A stretch of 63,977 bases of DNA, filler included, from Dimargaris cristalligena (taxonomy: Eukaryota): the NCBI GenBank assembly GCA_003614675.1. It is 3 parts of 3 records of this genome, joined end to end, with 100 filler letters (N's around TTAATTAATTAA, not from the genome) between each part and the next. Parts side by side here need not be neighbours in the genome. Positions count along the whole stretch, not along the records: positions 1 to 22,163 come from ML002636.1; positions 22,264 to 44,422 come from ML002637.1; 1 more part is not named here. One strand, 5' to 3'. Shown here piece after piece: positions 12,001 through 22,346 of this stretch. Position 1 is the stretch's first letter; each line of letters starts with the position of its first letter. Below the pieces are notes generated by a model. It did not search any database, was not told the DNA's origin, and saw only the letters and a list, made by a program, of their open reading frames with translations. The translations under genes and the position numbers were made by a program.

Positions 12001-12827
12001 CCACTTCCACCCACCCATCCCACACCGGTGGAATGGACGAAGGCCCCAGTTTGTTCGCCTTTTTCTGTGGCCATATTTTCCATGACCGGTGCCTGTTGCA
12101 CCCCAATATTCTCCAGCTGTTACGGAATTCCCGGGAAAAAATGGACCCGGCCGTGACGGTGGCCCTCCCGGGAACGGCCCAGAAAATGGTACACCATCCC
12201 CTGGCCGGCAGTCTCCTCAAATGGGTAGACTCGCCACGGTCGACCCATTTGAATTTGGGTGGGGATGGTGATGTATTGGGCGGCGGAGGCATCGGTGTGG
12301 GTTCGGCCGGGCCCCTAACCCGAGACCACTTTTCGGCCACAAGCCCGCATTTGCTAAGAGGAGGGTCGGTGGCCGCTGGTACAGCTGGAACAGTGGGCTC
12401 CACTGCCGTAGCGGTACGTACCACCGCGCGGGGCCGGGCTAATAGTCTAAGTCAAATCGATATTAAAGTGGCCCAACGCCAGACCCTGCAATCTCTCATG
12501 AATACTCCGCCCCTCTGCCCCGTATGCGAATCCAACCCGGATGTCGCCCCGTCTACCGCGACTAACCCCACGGTGGAAAATGCCGGATATATGCCGCTGG
12601 CCGCGAAGGGAGGCTATCCCCCGGCAAAGAGTCGTTCGCACGGACCACTACCACCAATGGGGCCAGCCGCCCTGTCTAAATCGCATACCCATCGGCTGTC
12701 AAATGTAACGGTTAGGTCAACGGTCCCCTTAGGTCGAAGCCAAACCTACCAGTCGCCCCGGGTGGGTCCGCCGTCCCAATATGTTAATGGCTCTGATTTA
12801 CCCCCCATGGCTCAGCTAAACCTTTAG
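9060..12827 (+). CDS. VPS41: HOPS complex subunit Vps41 (WD40 propeller, clathrin heavy-chain repeat, RING-H2)
   Basis: Acidic N-terminus followed by EPQLKYKR, VGTHGG and HSGEGPI, and a CHCR region 'EMVYLLGRMG...AIEFAREQNDPALWEELL'. First ATG is at 9060; the track's GTG start at 8967 is unlikely. Confidence 0.95.
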   Translation: MVSNRGSSATPSTCSESAPTKKGPAEDGERVTTPALGESAPSSELEDGNDEEAGDEEEQEEEEEDEDEEEDEPQLKYKRILNSTQPNDLLHRDTASCIAVGDKFVAVGTHGGVISLHDLDGNQVRSWAAHSATVNALSLDHAGEYIGSAGDDGYVSVHSLFNSERTSYRFLRPMKCVALHPNYAHEPARPFVTGGMAGDLVLSERGWLGQKRDTLLHSGEGPIFTVQWQGTFITWASDSGVRIYDTRTQRRITHIARPADSPRADLYPCHLCWQDHRTLLIGWADQVTVVVVKERAPTAAAPPNPSPGTPQLYAVIGAVFSVDSAICGIAPFRQQIMILSYDVDTLRPDEDFRSETQQRRSRADPPSLRLISSAAEELSCDLLPVRGFELYQAHDYRLGIGPSSDVTETASNDPDQVRDDRWFYILSPKDVLCAKPRDWRDRVDWLTERERYDTALEVIQEEEQRPTGSPPDDETVASVGQLLMEQYIDRGQFSQAAELAPQVLRTNTELWEKWVFEFAQMNRLHDIAPFIPTATPRLSSTIYEMVLAFWLTQDTKHLAGTIRQWPSELYNVPSVIVAVESKLQRQLDRDGPAEPTSTPTRGLPVLKDLSEEARLLMDVLETLYEYENRPDKIVEYALRLYKPDIISRISSRQWITELRSKAALLLAYDYHDYRVTHPAPDANDSEALAALSRASGIQLLVQHFDTIPPHAVVRQLQQQGQLYYLHIYLHALYLADTQGRPHTVDPTSAAAAAVYGAPGMVSAEHHTNQLSAPFHDKQVELYAEYDYPFLLRFLRYSHGYRLEHALQVCESRDLVPEMVYLLGRMGDSHEALQLILHRLRNVPQAIEFAREQNDPALWEELLTYARDQPEFVTGLLEQAGSHHVDPVRVLQAMIPGLEVPGLKGTLIRILQDLQLQVSLRRGCEKILSADCIRFSDHLRRAQRLGIAIDELAMCLACQEPAFPTNGNHSSSSMPTTPSPASTSTHPSHTGGMDEGPSLFAFFCGHIFHDRCLLHPNILQLLRNSREKMDPAVTVALPGTAQKMVHHPLAGSLLKWVDSPRSTHLNLGGDGDVLGGGGIGVGSAGPLTRDHFSATSPHLLRGGSVAAGTAGTVGSTAVAVRTTARGRANSLSQIDIKVAQRQTLQSLMNTPPLCPVCESNPDVAPSTATNPTVENAGYMPLAAKGGYPPAKSRSHGPLPPMGPAALSKSHTHRLSNVTVRSTVPLGRSQTYQSPRVGPPSQYVNGSDLPPMAQLNL

Positions 12828-15800
12828 ACTCGGCCGGAAGGGGCCTACTTTTTTTTATACATTTTTTATTATATACATGTTATCTGTATGAATAAAATAG
12901 AAGGAAATCAATATATGAGTGAAATTCAAAGCAGCTGTATGAAGTTTTACATGATTTGTGTATGTGGGAGTAACCATTTTAACCAGTAATTTTGGCCCCA
13001 TCTAATAGATTTTTCGTTATACAGCCTAGATGAACTTCTCCGTATTTTAGAGATCTATTTTTGGGGGAGGGTAGATATGAGGAGGTTTGTGGAACGACTA
13101 TCAAATGTGGTGTAATTGGCAGGGCGATACTGGGTGTTAGGTTATTTGATCGATGGAGGAGTACCCTGTAATGGAACACGAGTCTCTTGTGAAGATAATT
13201 GACCCTCTGGTTAGGTATTATAAGGCTGTAACTTACATGAAGTGGGTCTTGTCAATTGCAACTGATTCGCTGATTAGCCGTCGGCTATTTTAGAGTGCAT
13301 CATTTAAATGATGTAATCTTGACAATGGCAGAAAACCTTATTGGTATTTGGATGTTGAATAAATCCACTTATGAAATAAAGATCTAGGAATTCCTTCGGC
13401 TAGGTATACCTCCGTGGCAGTGGTTTTAGGATCATTCTAAAACACGATAAAGAAGACTCCCTAGTTATTCGGAAAATATCGAGCCAATTGGAATAGCCGA
13501 TTTTCCCGGTCATATAAGGTTAGACCAAGTTACTACTTTGCCCGTGTGATCTGCTGACTACGTCCACTGAGCTGTTGCCACTCTTGACGATTTACCATTA
13601 CGTAAAGTAGTCTGCAGCTCAAAAATACAGAATAAATAAGCTGGATAATTGGATTAGCCAGGCAGTAGCTTTGTCGACAATCGTTCCCTTTTCTACTGAA
13701 GGGGGGGGGGGGTTCTACAAGGAACTGCGCCCTGAAAGCCGACCCAAAACCATTTAAGTAGGAACGGATTATTTCCCCATGTACATATCCGTGCTCCACA
13801 ATAGCAGATGTACCTCCTATCCCATCCTATATTGGTCAACAACCTAGAATACCGCAGGTTCAAAATCCTAGCCGACTTCCCAGAGCTAAATGGTGGTATA
13901 CTGTTTGTTTGATCCGACCGATAAGACCGACTGAAAAGGGCCGTTTAGTTGACAAAAGGAGAAAAGAGGCGGGGGCATTGTCACGAACACAATTTTGATA
14001 ATGATAAGCCACCACTGATTCCCAGATGGGTTGATTACACCAGTAATGTAGCCAAATTCCGAGCTCTGCCGATGGGTATGACTTAGTTTTTCGCGCTGAA
14101 CGATTCTGATTTTCACCTAGTGTAAAGTCAGATCAAAATGGTCGGTTCCGTGGTCATGCTCATAAAATCAAAAACCAAAGCTTAAGTACCCCTAGCGGCA
14201 TAATTTGATATCAGGGGTCATTCACATGTACGTATGGGTAAAGTAAACAAGCTGTCGTTCCGTGGCTATCTAAATGTGGCTCTGACACCAGCGTTCAGGC
14301 ATGACATGTCCCTCTTATATCAGCTTATCTACATTCTGACCCACCAGGATCGCCGGCTCGTGGTAGCGTATGAGGCACTCCGTGGTCACCCGGTATGACG
14401 GGTACTCAGTACCCGAGAATGGGGAAGGCTTGTCCGTACCACCTCTTCCCGTTTGGGAGAATCGGATGGAGTAGGAACGAAAAGAAAACATACTGTGAAA
14501 ATAGCCATTTGGGACCATTTCGTTTTATACATTTTAGTGATGCCCGCCTTTGAAACCAAAAGACCTTGGCTAGCCGCACGTGGAAATGGAGTAACAATCA
14601 TTGGCCTATTGAACCCAAAAAAAGGATAATTAAAGACCCCCGAGGCGCGTGATCCACCACCGCCCTGATGTAGGATTGCTTTCCCGTTCCGTATCTAGTG
14701 GGAAAATAGCCGACCTCTCTGTTACGTCTACTGATACGCATGGAAATGCCGAGAAATCGTAGCACTACCCAGACCGCAATTCTACAAAGGTGAGAATGGG
14801 TTGGCCGATCCTCGCACCTTAAAGGGGAGTTTGACTTCGGCCTCCCAGCGAATGGACATGACCAGGATGGTCTTTGGATTCTAGACACAATTATACCTAA
14901 CTCGTGAATCGACCGTGAGTGAAACCATTCCGTATTGAAATGGGTTGGACAAGTGGAATTGGATATGTACCCACTCTCCCTGTCTGGCCTTTCAAAAGAA
15001 GGTGGTGGCTTTTGCAGGTGATACGCCTGCCAAGTATACCTAAGCAACCCCGCGGTCTTGAGAGACAGACGAACGTTGTCTTAGCACATTGTCTTCGGAA
15101 GTTGACAGAAAACTCGTGCCAATGAAACGAAAGGGTCCTTGGAGTCCAACCGCTAATAGCATAGATGTTGCCAACATAGTTGACAGGGCAATCATGTACT
15201 TCGATGTGCTTGGATAGTTGCGTGCGAGAGAAACACACCCCCGTTTCAGCTAATAGGGACGACAGGCATAGGTGGAGTGAAGAAGGGCTCTCTATAAATT
15301 ACCTAGAGCAGTGTAACTGGCTGTAGAAGATGAGGTGACCCCTTTGAATGGTGCTGCGGGTATTGGATACCGAGCCCGTTATAGTACCCATCGGTCTTTC
15401 CCATTCCCCAGCGACGGCCAATCACCAACGGAATTCTTATCAGTCGGGAACGCACCACTCGACATGATAAGAGAATAATGAATCCCCCCCGATTCCGGCG
15501 TTATCATTAGGTGGAAACATGGGGGGCTCCTTTGGCGCATTTTCTGGTCCACACCAATGAGCCACCACAACACCACTCCTTATTCTGGGTATAAGCTAGT
15601 GGTCACCTAATCTAAGCAAGGCCAGATAAAATGCCTCTGACGTCATTTTGGGCCGCCGACACCACGTTGATCCGACTGGTGGACTAAAATGGCCCACCCA
15701 ACTACGGATTCTACCAAACAATCAGAGACGGGCTTGGCTATACCCACTGCGCACCTTGGCCTAACAAGGGAGTGAATGGCTGTGTGAAGAGGTGCCGCCA

Positions 15801-17547
15801 CCAATGGTGGGCCAAAACTTGTCATCAAGACACTACTGTTTCAACGAACATGGTCTGTTTCAGCAGCTACTTCCCTCATATTTCCCTATATTGGCACGGT
15901 GTCCACTAACGGACGGGTCTAGCTAGTTACATGTTCCATAGCTTGGGAGGAGGAGGCATTCGTACCATTCCGTATGTAGATGAGTAAGTAGTATACTGGG
16001 CGATAATCAATCCTGTTGGATTTGAAGACCCTTCCCTCAGTTGATACAATAGCCACCAGTGTATAGTGGTGGTGAACACTCCACCTCCCCCCCTTTCTTC
16101 AGTGGGAGAGTGCGGAGAGTTTCTCTAATGCCGAAAGGTAGGCTAATGTAGCAACGATTGCCCTCCGAAGCTCGCACGGTACCTGTCGATTCGGCATGTG
16201 GAGAAAGAACAGGCCAGGACTCCTCCCGAATCAAGATGAAGTCCATGGCTGTGATTGGCAACTCGACCAAGATAGAGACGGCCATAATCTGTGTATGGGG
16301 AGGGCCTCTCGCCCCCCCCCCAATAGCCCCAATGATGTATGTAGATTGGTTGGATCACCCTTGTCTTCTCCTGATTTCGGCTAAGTGAGGAATGATGCAA
16401 TTATACTGTCCATGGGTGACGTCATTTGTAATTCCGAGCATTCGAAAGAAAAACGGACAGCTAAACAGGTAAGATACGCTGTCGCGAAATCAGTGTGCAC
16501 ATCTTCCGTCCGACCGTTAATAGAGGAGGTGGTGTCAGGGAAGGAGTAGGTGCGCGTGCATTCTCTTCGTGGCCTACGCCTGCTTATTATCATTAGTTAA
16601 ATGAACGTTGGGGGTGGCATTCAATACCCACGTAGTTTGTTTAACCCCTGCTATGGCGCAATAGCCGATTTATAGTGCATCGGCTAGGCCCCCCTCTCCT
16701 CACTCAATAGTTTGTATGAAATGAAGCCGGCGCCATCCGGTAGAGCACCATGTCCAAAGCACGGTGGTCGTTTCCGGCTCTAATGCACTGTGCTGCTTCT
16801 GCTCCGCAACCCCCAGCGGGGAGAATAACAGTTGTGAGCAGCCAGTCGGATGCGGCCGTGGGGTTACACGGCGCCAGTTAAAGGACTAGCTTGACTGGCA
16901 TTGTTAGCAGGGGGACAGTGGACAGCCCGGATAAATAAGGGTAGGTACAAGGCTGAAGGGACTGGGAATGGAGGGCGACGGGAGTCTAGTACAACACCAG
17001 TCCTATTTTTGGTGCTCTATACTGAGATGTAGTTAGGGCTAGTCTTTTTGAGTGTCGGCAGTCGGAGGAACAGGCCGCCCCAGCCCAAATAGGCGGCTTT
17101 AGCCTAGGTCTTTTGCGCCGGAACTGGCCGATGGGATGCTGATGTCTTCTTTTTCGGGCTGCAGTGCTGATCTCGAAATACTCAAAATGAGAGATATAAC
17201 ATTGGGGCGTGAAAATACTGAGTCCCCCAAAATTCAATTAGGAAGAGAGGGGGCGCGGGCGGGCGTCTCGCGGTTCGAGCTGCCTCGGGTGGTGTCGGCC
17301 TCTAGATGTTGGCAATACGGGCAGCACCTCCAAAATCAAGCGGAAAAACACACGCACAGCAATAATGAATGGCCCTGGGCAGCGCATGCTAGCCGGTGCA
17401 TCCCCGTTTCGTTTAGAGTGGCCTACTACCTCCCAAGCTTAGTCTTTTTGGGAACGGCTCTGTCTTCAGCCGCGTTTATCGCTGGAGATCGCACACCAGG
17501 CTCTAGGAAATACGCTTTAATATGGGTGGCTGTTCCATAGCTACGTC

Positions 17548-17588
17548 TAGTATAGTATAGTATAGTATAGTATAGTATGGTATAGTAT
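17548..17588. repeat. (TAGTA)n pentanucleotide microsatellite
   Basis: tagtatagtatagtatagtatagtatagtatggtatagtat seen directly. Confidence 0.9.
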
Positions 17589-18059
17589 ATAGCCAAGGAA
17601 TAATGAATGAATAATGTGAGAGGGGAATAGGAGGGTGCATTTAGAGGGAGTGGCACAAGAATACTAGCGTATTACCCCCCTCCAAAAGGCTAGGCCCAAC
17701 CACAGCATGTGTAGAGCGAATCCGCCCTCTCGAGTGTGGCCAGGCCAATCCCCACCCTTTCGGCCTCCGTGGTTGTTGCCTATTCGGCACGGTGCCATCC
17801 AATAGCCGAGCCTTTAGCTCGTCATTGTTTTCGGCATTTTAGTGGGAGAGGGAGAAAGGCCCCCCCTCCCCCTCTCTGACACCCTCAAAGCCCCCTGGTC
17901 GGTTTCGTAGCGAATAGAGGGAACTAAGCGTAAATAAAATAACACATTACCATGTTTCTGTATCATCCGATAGGAACCGATGCTTGAATCCCCGTGTTGG
18001 CTTTTCCGAATCTATGCGCATACATCCTCTGTAATCTAGGTGGTACTTCCTCCACCACC

Positions 18060-18122
18060 TATATACATCACCCACGCATACATCCAATTTTATATACATA
18101 TATATATATCTATATATAAATA
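18060..18122 (+). promoter_or_regulatory. TA-rich/TATA-like core promoter region upstream of PRO1
   Basis: (TA)n tract ending TATATAAA, followed by a long pyrimidine-rich leader. Confidence 0.4.
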
Positions 18123-19010
18123 CACCCCTCCCCCCCATCTTCCTAAGCTTTGATTTTACCAAATATCACTCTCTCTACTTGTTGTCCCTAGGTGGCCTTC
18201 ACTTTGAGCCTCCCAAACCCCTTCTCCTTTAGCCTTATCCCGGCTTCTCTTCCTGTCTAGCCCGTTTTAGCCACTTTTATCTAACGTACCGCGTTGGCCC
18301 CCCCAATGGCGGAAAAACATTAAACTCACTATTATAATCTTCTGCATCGAGTCTGGCCTGGTCCACTCAGCACTTTAATTCCCTACCCCCCTCTTCTTCA
18401 CTACGCCCTGCTGGTTTAAGATCTGTTCACCCCGATCATAACAGTTTTAAGACATTTTCATCATATCCACCTGCGCTCTCCCATTCACTGAGCCCATTCA
18501 TTTGTAAGTATCCACCATACCTCATCGGGTGACAAGTTCACCTGAAACCCCTCCCCCTCTTTCCACTGGCTCCCCCTCGAGCTTTATTACCTCCTGGATC
18601 CCACAGGAAAATATTTCTGTATAGAAAAGTGGTGGCTGGTGGTGATGGTATCCAGCTAGCCGTCTCTCCCCCCCCTAGACAGGAGGGCACAAAAGTGGTA
18701 CCTGTTCCAGTTTCTCATGAAATATCTGACCTGCTTGGGTGACCGTATATGGCTGCGACATGCCCCCCCAGTATCCCTAAGCCTGGCATGGTTATTGGCG
18801 GCTGGCTAAATTTCCCATTAGTTTGGAGGTGTGTGAGGGGGGATGGATGATTTTTCCTCCCTCCAGCAGCAGCAGTATCCATGTGTTGTGCTACACATAT
18901 TATTCAAGGTCAGCGCGGTTATTGACTCCCTTGCCCCTTCTTTCCCGTTCCCCTTGGTTTATGCTGTTATATTATAGAGCGTGTCGAATCCCCCTCCACT
19001 TTCCGTCGCT

Positions 19011-21021
19011 ATGGCTCCCAACGCCCTCAACGTTCAAGCCGTCATGCCTGTCCAGGCTGACCCCCAACCGGCTTTGGCTGGTGCCGCGACCGGGGAGCTC
19101 ATCCCTCCCCACCACCAGCACCCCCTGAACAAGGCCGCCAAGACTGGACTGACTATCGTGCTCAAGCTGGGCACCTCGTCCATTTGCGATCCCGACACCC
19201 ATATGCCCCAGTTGGCGAACTTGTCGTCCATGGTCGAGTTGGTGTCCAAGCTGCGCAACCTTGGTCACCGAGTGATCCTGGTCTCGAGTGGTGCGGTTGG
19301 TGTGGGACTTCGTCGTCTTAACATGCCCCAGAAACCCAAGGAACTGGCAAAGGTTCAGGTAAACCCCATTTTTACTATCGCCCCTCTCCCATTCACAACC
19401 CCTTTCCCCTTTGCCACATTCTGGCGTTTCCTGCTAATTCTTCTCACCTAGTATGGGGATGAAGTCAGGCTGGCTTGATTTATTTTGGTCACGGTTTAGT
19501 GATTCATTATATATTATTGCCGTTTATGGGTTGTGGCATTTACGGGAGAGGGAAAGGGAGAGGCAGTTAATTAGTCCCCTCGATTTAGAATTTCCCGGCT
19601 ACCTCTGCCGCCACTGCCGACTTCCCCACCTCATATTCTGAACCCCCTGTTTTAAGTTAAATTGGCTGCCAACCCTTTTACCTGACTAACCCCTCCACCC
19701 GGCCCTTGTGTATCCCTCCTCCCTAACCCTCCAACTACCCAATTAATCACAGGCGGTGGCCGCTGTCGGGCAAGGCCGTTTGATGGCCCTGTGGGACGAC
19801 CTGTTTGGTCAATTGGGTCAGCCCATTGCCCAGGTCCTGCTGACCCGAAATGACCTGGCTGAGCGGACCCAATACCTCAACGCCTGTAACTGTTTCGAAG
19901 CCCTTCTCGATATGGGAGTTATCCCCATTGTCAACGAAAACGACACTGTTAGCGTGGGAGAAATCCGTTTTGGGGATAATGACACCCTATCTGCCATTAC
20001 TGCTGGTATGGTCCATGCTGATTTCCTGTTTCTACTGACTGACGTTGACTGTCTCTATACGGATAACCCCCGTACCAACCCCGACGCTCAGCCCATTGTG
20101 ACCGTTCATGACATCCAAACCCTAAAGGAGCAGATTTGTGTCACCTCCGCGGGGTCCTCGGTGGGCACTGGTGGTATGATCACCAAGCTCATTGCCGCTG
20201 AGCTGGCCAACGCCAAGGGCGTCGATACCGTAATCGCTCGCGGTTCCACTTCCCTCCGGGTGCTAGATATTGTGCGAGAACTGGCTCCCGAGCTGTGCAA
20301 TATGCCGCCCGCGAAGCCCCCCAAGTCTCCCGTTGAGCCCTACTACACTCGCTTCGTGGCCCAGCCTAATCCCATGGTCGACCGCAAGTGGTGGATCCTG
20401 CACGGCCTGCACACTGCTGGTACCATCATTATTGATGCGGGTGCCATGGTGGCCGTCGCCAAGTTCAAGAAGAGTCTGTTCGCCGCCGGGGTGGTTCGCG
20501 TGGAAGGCCACTTCTCGGCCAACCAGGGAGTACGTATCGTCTACGAAACCCGTAAGCTGGATGGCCAGTTGCTCAGCCGCTCCAACTCCATGGAGAGCAC
20601 CCGCAGCGCCGCTCCCCGTTCCCCCACCTCTGAGTCTGACAGCGAGTCTGTCGCCAGCCTCAAGTCGGACATTGTGGTCGAACGCGTGGAAATCGGACAC
20701 GGTCTAACCAACTACTCCAGTTCTGAAATCAAGCGAATCCGAGGCAAGCATAGCTCCGAGTTCGAGCAACTCCTGGGCTACGCCGATTCCGACTGCATCA
20801 TCAACCGTACCAACATGGCCGTCACCGTGGAAGCTCATGTCATCGAGAACTTCTTTATCACTCACTTGGAGCGCAACAAGATTCGGGCTGAACAGTCGCT
20901 GCCCATTCACCAGCACTCCCTCCACTCGGCCACCAATTCGGCCACCAACTCCCCGCTGTTAAGACCTTCGTCGTCGGCTCAGGTTCCCCATGGCACCCCC
21001 GCTGGCCTGTCCGCCTGCTGA
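19011..21021 (+). CDS. PRO1: Glutamate 5-kinase (gamma-glutamyl kinase) with PUA domain; coding intron 19359-19752; probable 5'UTR intron 18504-18977
   Basis: Motifs IVLKLGTSS, VSSGAVGVG, PIVNENDT, FGDNDTLSA and VGTGGMITK, plus PUA 'IDAGA...SLFAAGVVRVEGHF'. CAG|GTAAAC...CAG|GCG splice joins KVQ to AVAAVGQ. Confidence 0.96.
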
Positions 21022-21911
21022 ACAGACCAACCGGGTAGTCAATTGCAGAAGGTGGTATGGTGATTTCGTATCTCCAACTGGTAGAATCCCGGCTACATAC
21101 CCACTTCCACTTATTCAATATTTATATACCTCTACCCCTCGTACTTCGAGTAGTGTATTTCGTTATTGCTACGTGTTGAGCGAATATGACCCCTTTCATA
21201 TTTCTAAGGCCCCGTCTTTGCCTGGGCCCCTCTGTCTTCCGGGAATGTCGTTTAACAAACATAACTCCCCATCCCCTTCTTTCTTCCTATCGCTTCCTAT
21301 GCATTTTACCATTTCTCCCATTGCTTTATCCATTCCTCTGATGTGTAATATAACCATTATATAATCCCTGGCAAATATGTCGCGGACAACGGATTCTACC
21401 CTGTGACCTGCTAATAAACATATTTTGTCAGATCATTATTACCAATGAATTCTATTCTCATTGGGGCAGTTAATTGCCGAGTAATATTGTCGAGAATCCA
21501 GGTGGCCAGGCCCGAGTGTATTTTATTGAGGGGCTCTGGCAGTAATACTAGGGAAAAAATCGATTACAAAGGCATATTGGCATTTTGAAATAAAAACCAA
21601 GCAGCGCTTGAGCAAACTTCTTAAAATTATAGGAACTTTACGGTATCGTTTAATGTTTGATTAACCTTTATTTTTCAAAACAACATGGGCTGTATATCCA
21701 AGGCTAACCACGCAATTTATTCGACAGTCTTCTATAACCGTGTTTTTTTTTTACTGACACTCCACTTAATTCCTTTCCCACCCGCAGCCAGATTCCTTCC
21801 TTATTATATTTTATATTCATTCCATTATCATCGTTTAATTGTTTTAACCCCAATTACTTACTAACCAGCCAGGGTTATAGCCTGAATAGTAACCGCCTTT
21901 ATTTTTACGCC

Positions 21912-22346
21912 ATGCCGTTCATTGAGAAAATCCGCAACCTTCGTGAGGAACGGGCCCTCAATGAACAGGAATTGCATTTGCTTCAAGAGCAGTTCTTCGA
22001 GAAGAAGACGACTCCAGCTGCGACAATTGTCGCGGCCACGGAATTCCCGAAACTGACGGGACGACCCGTCCCAACGACTACTACGAATACCACCACCGAC
22101 GTTTCCACTCCCGTTGTTGGTAAGGAGGGTGCCGCGGGGGCTGATTCCGCCCAACTGACTACCNNNNNNNNNNNNNNNNNNNNNNNNNNNNNNNNNNNNN
22201 NNNNNNNTTAATTAATTAANNNNNNNNNNNNNNNNNNNNNNNNNNNNNNNNNNNNNNNNNNNNGGTTAGTGATACATTTTATTACTACCGAAGAGTTCAA
22301 CAACCTCGTTAATCGAGAGTATGTTGAACGGGTAGCTGACGGGTAG
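21912..22346 (+). CDS. Hypothetical protein (coiled-coil start, Thr-rich region) spanning an assembly gap
   Basis: ATG in good context (acgccATG) after an AT-rich leader, with coding-like composition. A coding-like tail FITTEEFNNLVNREYVERVADG* follows the gap. Confidence 0.45.
22164..22263. other. Assembly gap with artificial six-frame-stop linker (N44-TTAATTAATTAA-N44)
   Basis: Seen directly; identical structure to the gap at 44423. Confidence 0.97.

Noticed and set aside
11648..12424. Long antisense ORFs (also 57553-58278, 50165-50752, 33153-33650)
   Set aside because: Shadow frames opposite GC-rich real genes, with no recognisable motifs.
22208..22219. Palindromic TTAATTAATTAA inside N runs (also 44467-44478)
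   Set aside because: Identical N44-linker-N44 layout at both sites marks an artificial six-frame-stop scaffolding spacer.
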